64,000 nt of DNA from a phage. The stretch is taken from NCBI GenBank assembly GCA_012628545.1, contig GCA_012628545.1_3035.1; one strand, given 5' to 3'. A program made the position numbers and the translations under genes. Positions 62,619 to 64,000 of the stretch are shown piece by piece. The notes beneath the pieces are model-generated. The model was given only the letters and a program-made list of their open reading frames with translations, had not been told where the DNA came from and did not search any database. How positions within the stretch are numbered: position 1 is the first letter of the stretch; the number at the start of each line of letters is the position of its first letter.

Positions 62619-62695
62619 AGTTTTGTGAAAATTTTTTTAGGGAATTCTAAAGGTCCAGAATCATCTGTTTTTCATAAGTATAGATTTATATTACT

Positions 62696-62722
62696 TGTAT
62701 GAAAAAGGGACCCGGAGGTCCC
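62696..62722 (-). terminator. rho-independent terminator after gene 43
   Basis: GGGACC-UCCG-GGUCCC hairpin followed by UUUUUC on minus strand. Confidence 0.5.
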
Positions 62723-62735
62723 TAGATTTATTCTA

Positions 62736-64000
62736 TCAGCCAAACAGGAAGTCTAACGAAGCTTTTTCTTCATAGTCCATACCAGCCGATTCACACATGC
62801 CTGCAAGCGGTTTAACAAACGATTTTTGGAACAAAGTTGAGTAGTCAATCCAAGACAGTACGTCAGAACGAATTTCTTTTGGAAGTTCTGTACCCGACGG
62901 CCAAGCAATGCACTTGTCACCAAATGGATTTCCTTCACGCAATGGAAGAACCATTACTTTATTTCCATCCAAAATTGGAGCTACACCCAGACCACTAACA
63001 GCTCGACGATAAGTTAGCACCCCACGAATATGGAACGGGCATTTAAATCCTGGCCAACCTTTATCATCATATTTCGCTATATCGTTCGCAGTTTTTACTT
63101 CAGCAATAACTTTATAGTCAAGTTGACGATATTCTTTCTCGAAGTTTTTGTAATATTCTTGGACAGACTCTTCACCTTCCTGAAGAATACGACGAATACT
63201 TTCTTCGAGAGCTTCTTGAACCGCTTTAGGCGTTGAACTTTGCTGAGTTTCCATACCCATGATTTTTAGATGCGGTTCAGCAAATCGCTTATCTTCCATA
63301 TCATAAACGTTCAGAGCATAACGCTTTTTCGCTTTCCAAAATCCACCGACACCCTTTGAACCAAGCGGAGGGCAAGAAATAGCTTCACGGTCCATATGCA
63401 TCAGATGCTCGCGGTTATTCATATAATCACATAACTCACGATATGCAACATCAATCATCGGTTCCATCTTTTTCTTACCAAACTGATTCATGAATTCAAC
63501 TAAATCATTTTGTTCTTTAAAGCGGTCAAGACCTACTTTTTCAATTACTTTATCTACGCAAACATATACCGAATCAGTATCACCTGCTGCGATGAAATCT
63601 TCACCATTAGTTCCACACACTTTATTCAGATACTCATTAATTTTACGAGCAATCCACTGAATACCGACTTGACCGAAAATTGTGATAGCAGTAGCATTTC
63701 GCAAATCATAGTAGCGGAAATGAATATTACCAAGAGCACCATAAAGACTGTTGATAAGAATTTTACGGTTCAGCTGATTTGTGTTAGCAAGTGTAGCTGC
63801 TTTTTCACATTCTTCAATCAAACTATTGAGAACAGATTCAGTATAATTCGATAGTTCATTTAAGAAATCATCACTGAACTTAACATATCGTTCAACTTCA
63901 GGTTTAGTTGAACAAGACCCTGCGCCTTTCATAATAATCTTTTTAATAGCTTCGGCATTCATTTCTTCAGCGAACATTTTCTTTTTCCAATCTTTACGCT
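62736..64000 (-). CDS. 43: DNA polymerase (family B), C-terminal part; 5' end beyond window
   Basis: ORF open to the window end; contains polymerase motif C (GDTDSVYV). Confidence 0.9.
   Translation of the reverse strand, partial: RKDWKKKMFAEEMNAEAIKKIIMKGAGSCSTKPEVERYVKFSDDFLNELSNYTESVLNSLIEECEKAATLANTNQLNRKILINSLYGALGNIHFRYYDLRNATAITIFGQVGIQWIARKINEYLNKVCGTNGEDFIAAGDTDSVYVCVDKVIEKVGLDRFKEQNDLVEFMNQFGKKKMEPMIDVAYRELCDYMNNREHLMHMDREAISCPPLGSKGVGGFWKAKKRYALNVYDMEDKRFAEPHLKIMGMETQQSSTPKAVQEALEESIRRILQEGEESVQEYYKNFEKEYRQLDYKVIAEVKTANDIAKYDDKGWPGFKCPFHIRGVLTYRRAVSGLGVAPILDGNKVMVLPLREGNPFGDKCIAWPSGTELPKEIRSDVLSWIDYSTLFQKSFVKPLAGMCESAGMDYEEKASLDFLFG

Noticed and set aside
16075-62620. Possibility that the repeated ~45-bp elements form a CRISPR array or a mobile-element repeat family
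   Set aside because: Copies are kilobases apart, each sits directly upstream of a gene in the same orientation, and each has -35/-10 architecture; they are promoters, not a repeat-spacer array.

Overview
This window is a contiguous ~64 kb segment of a T4-like (T-even, Tevenvirinae) myovirus genome. Calls rest on ORF lengths, recognisable motifs, gene order and my recollection of T4 proteins; no database search was run. Minus-strand early/middle genes run from the gene 31/rIII/cd/pseT/rnlA/denA block through nrdB, nrdA, td, frd, 32, 59, 33, dsbA and rnh. The plus-strand late operon 34-35-36-37-38 and holin t follows. The minus strand then resumes with asiA, arn, motA, 52, stp, ndd, denB, rIIB, rIIA, 39, dexA, dda, srd, modA, modB, soc, 56, 61, sp, dmd, 41, 40, uvsX, 42, imm and the 3' part of gene 43. 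Regulation looks T4-like: a dispersed family of near-identical early promoters, MotA-box middle promoters, TATAAATA late promoters and many UUCG-loop hairpins. The phage is not reference T4: td and nrdB are intron-less, gene 39 is uninterrupted, no seg/mob/I-Tev homing endonuclease ORF is present, the gp37 tip differs, a different glycosyltransferase sits at the beta-gt position, and an extra ORF lies between frd and td. No tRNA, rRNA or CRISPR array was found. I see no clear-cut novel multi-gene system; the best leads are the glycosyltransferase at 59932-60780, the frd-td ORF, the uncharacterised block next to arn, a plus-strand ORF between genes 56 and 61, and several sub-60-aa ORFs absent from the ORF track. 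Hand-derived coordinates (promoters, hairpins, small ORFs) may be off by 1-2 bp.
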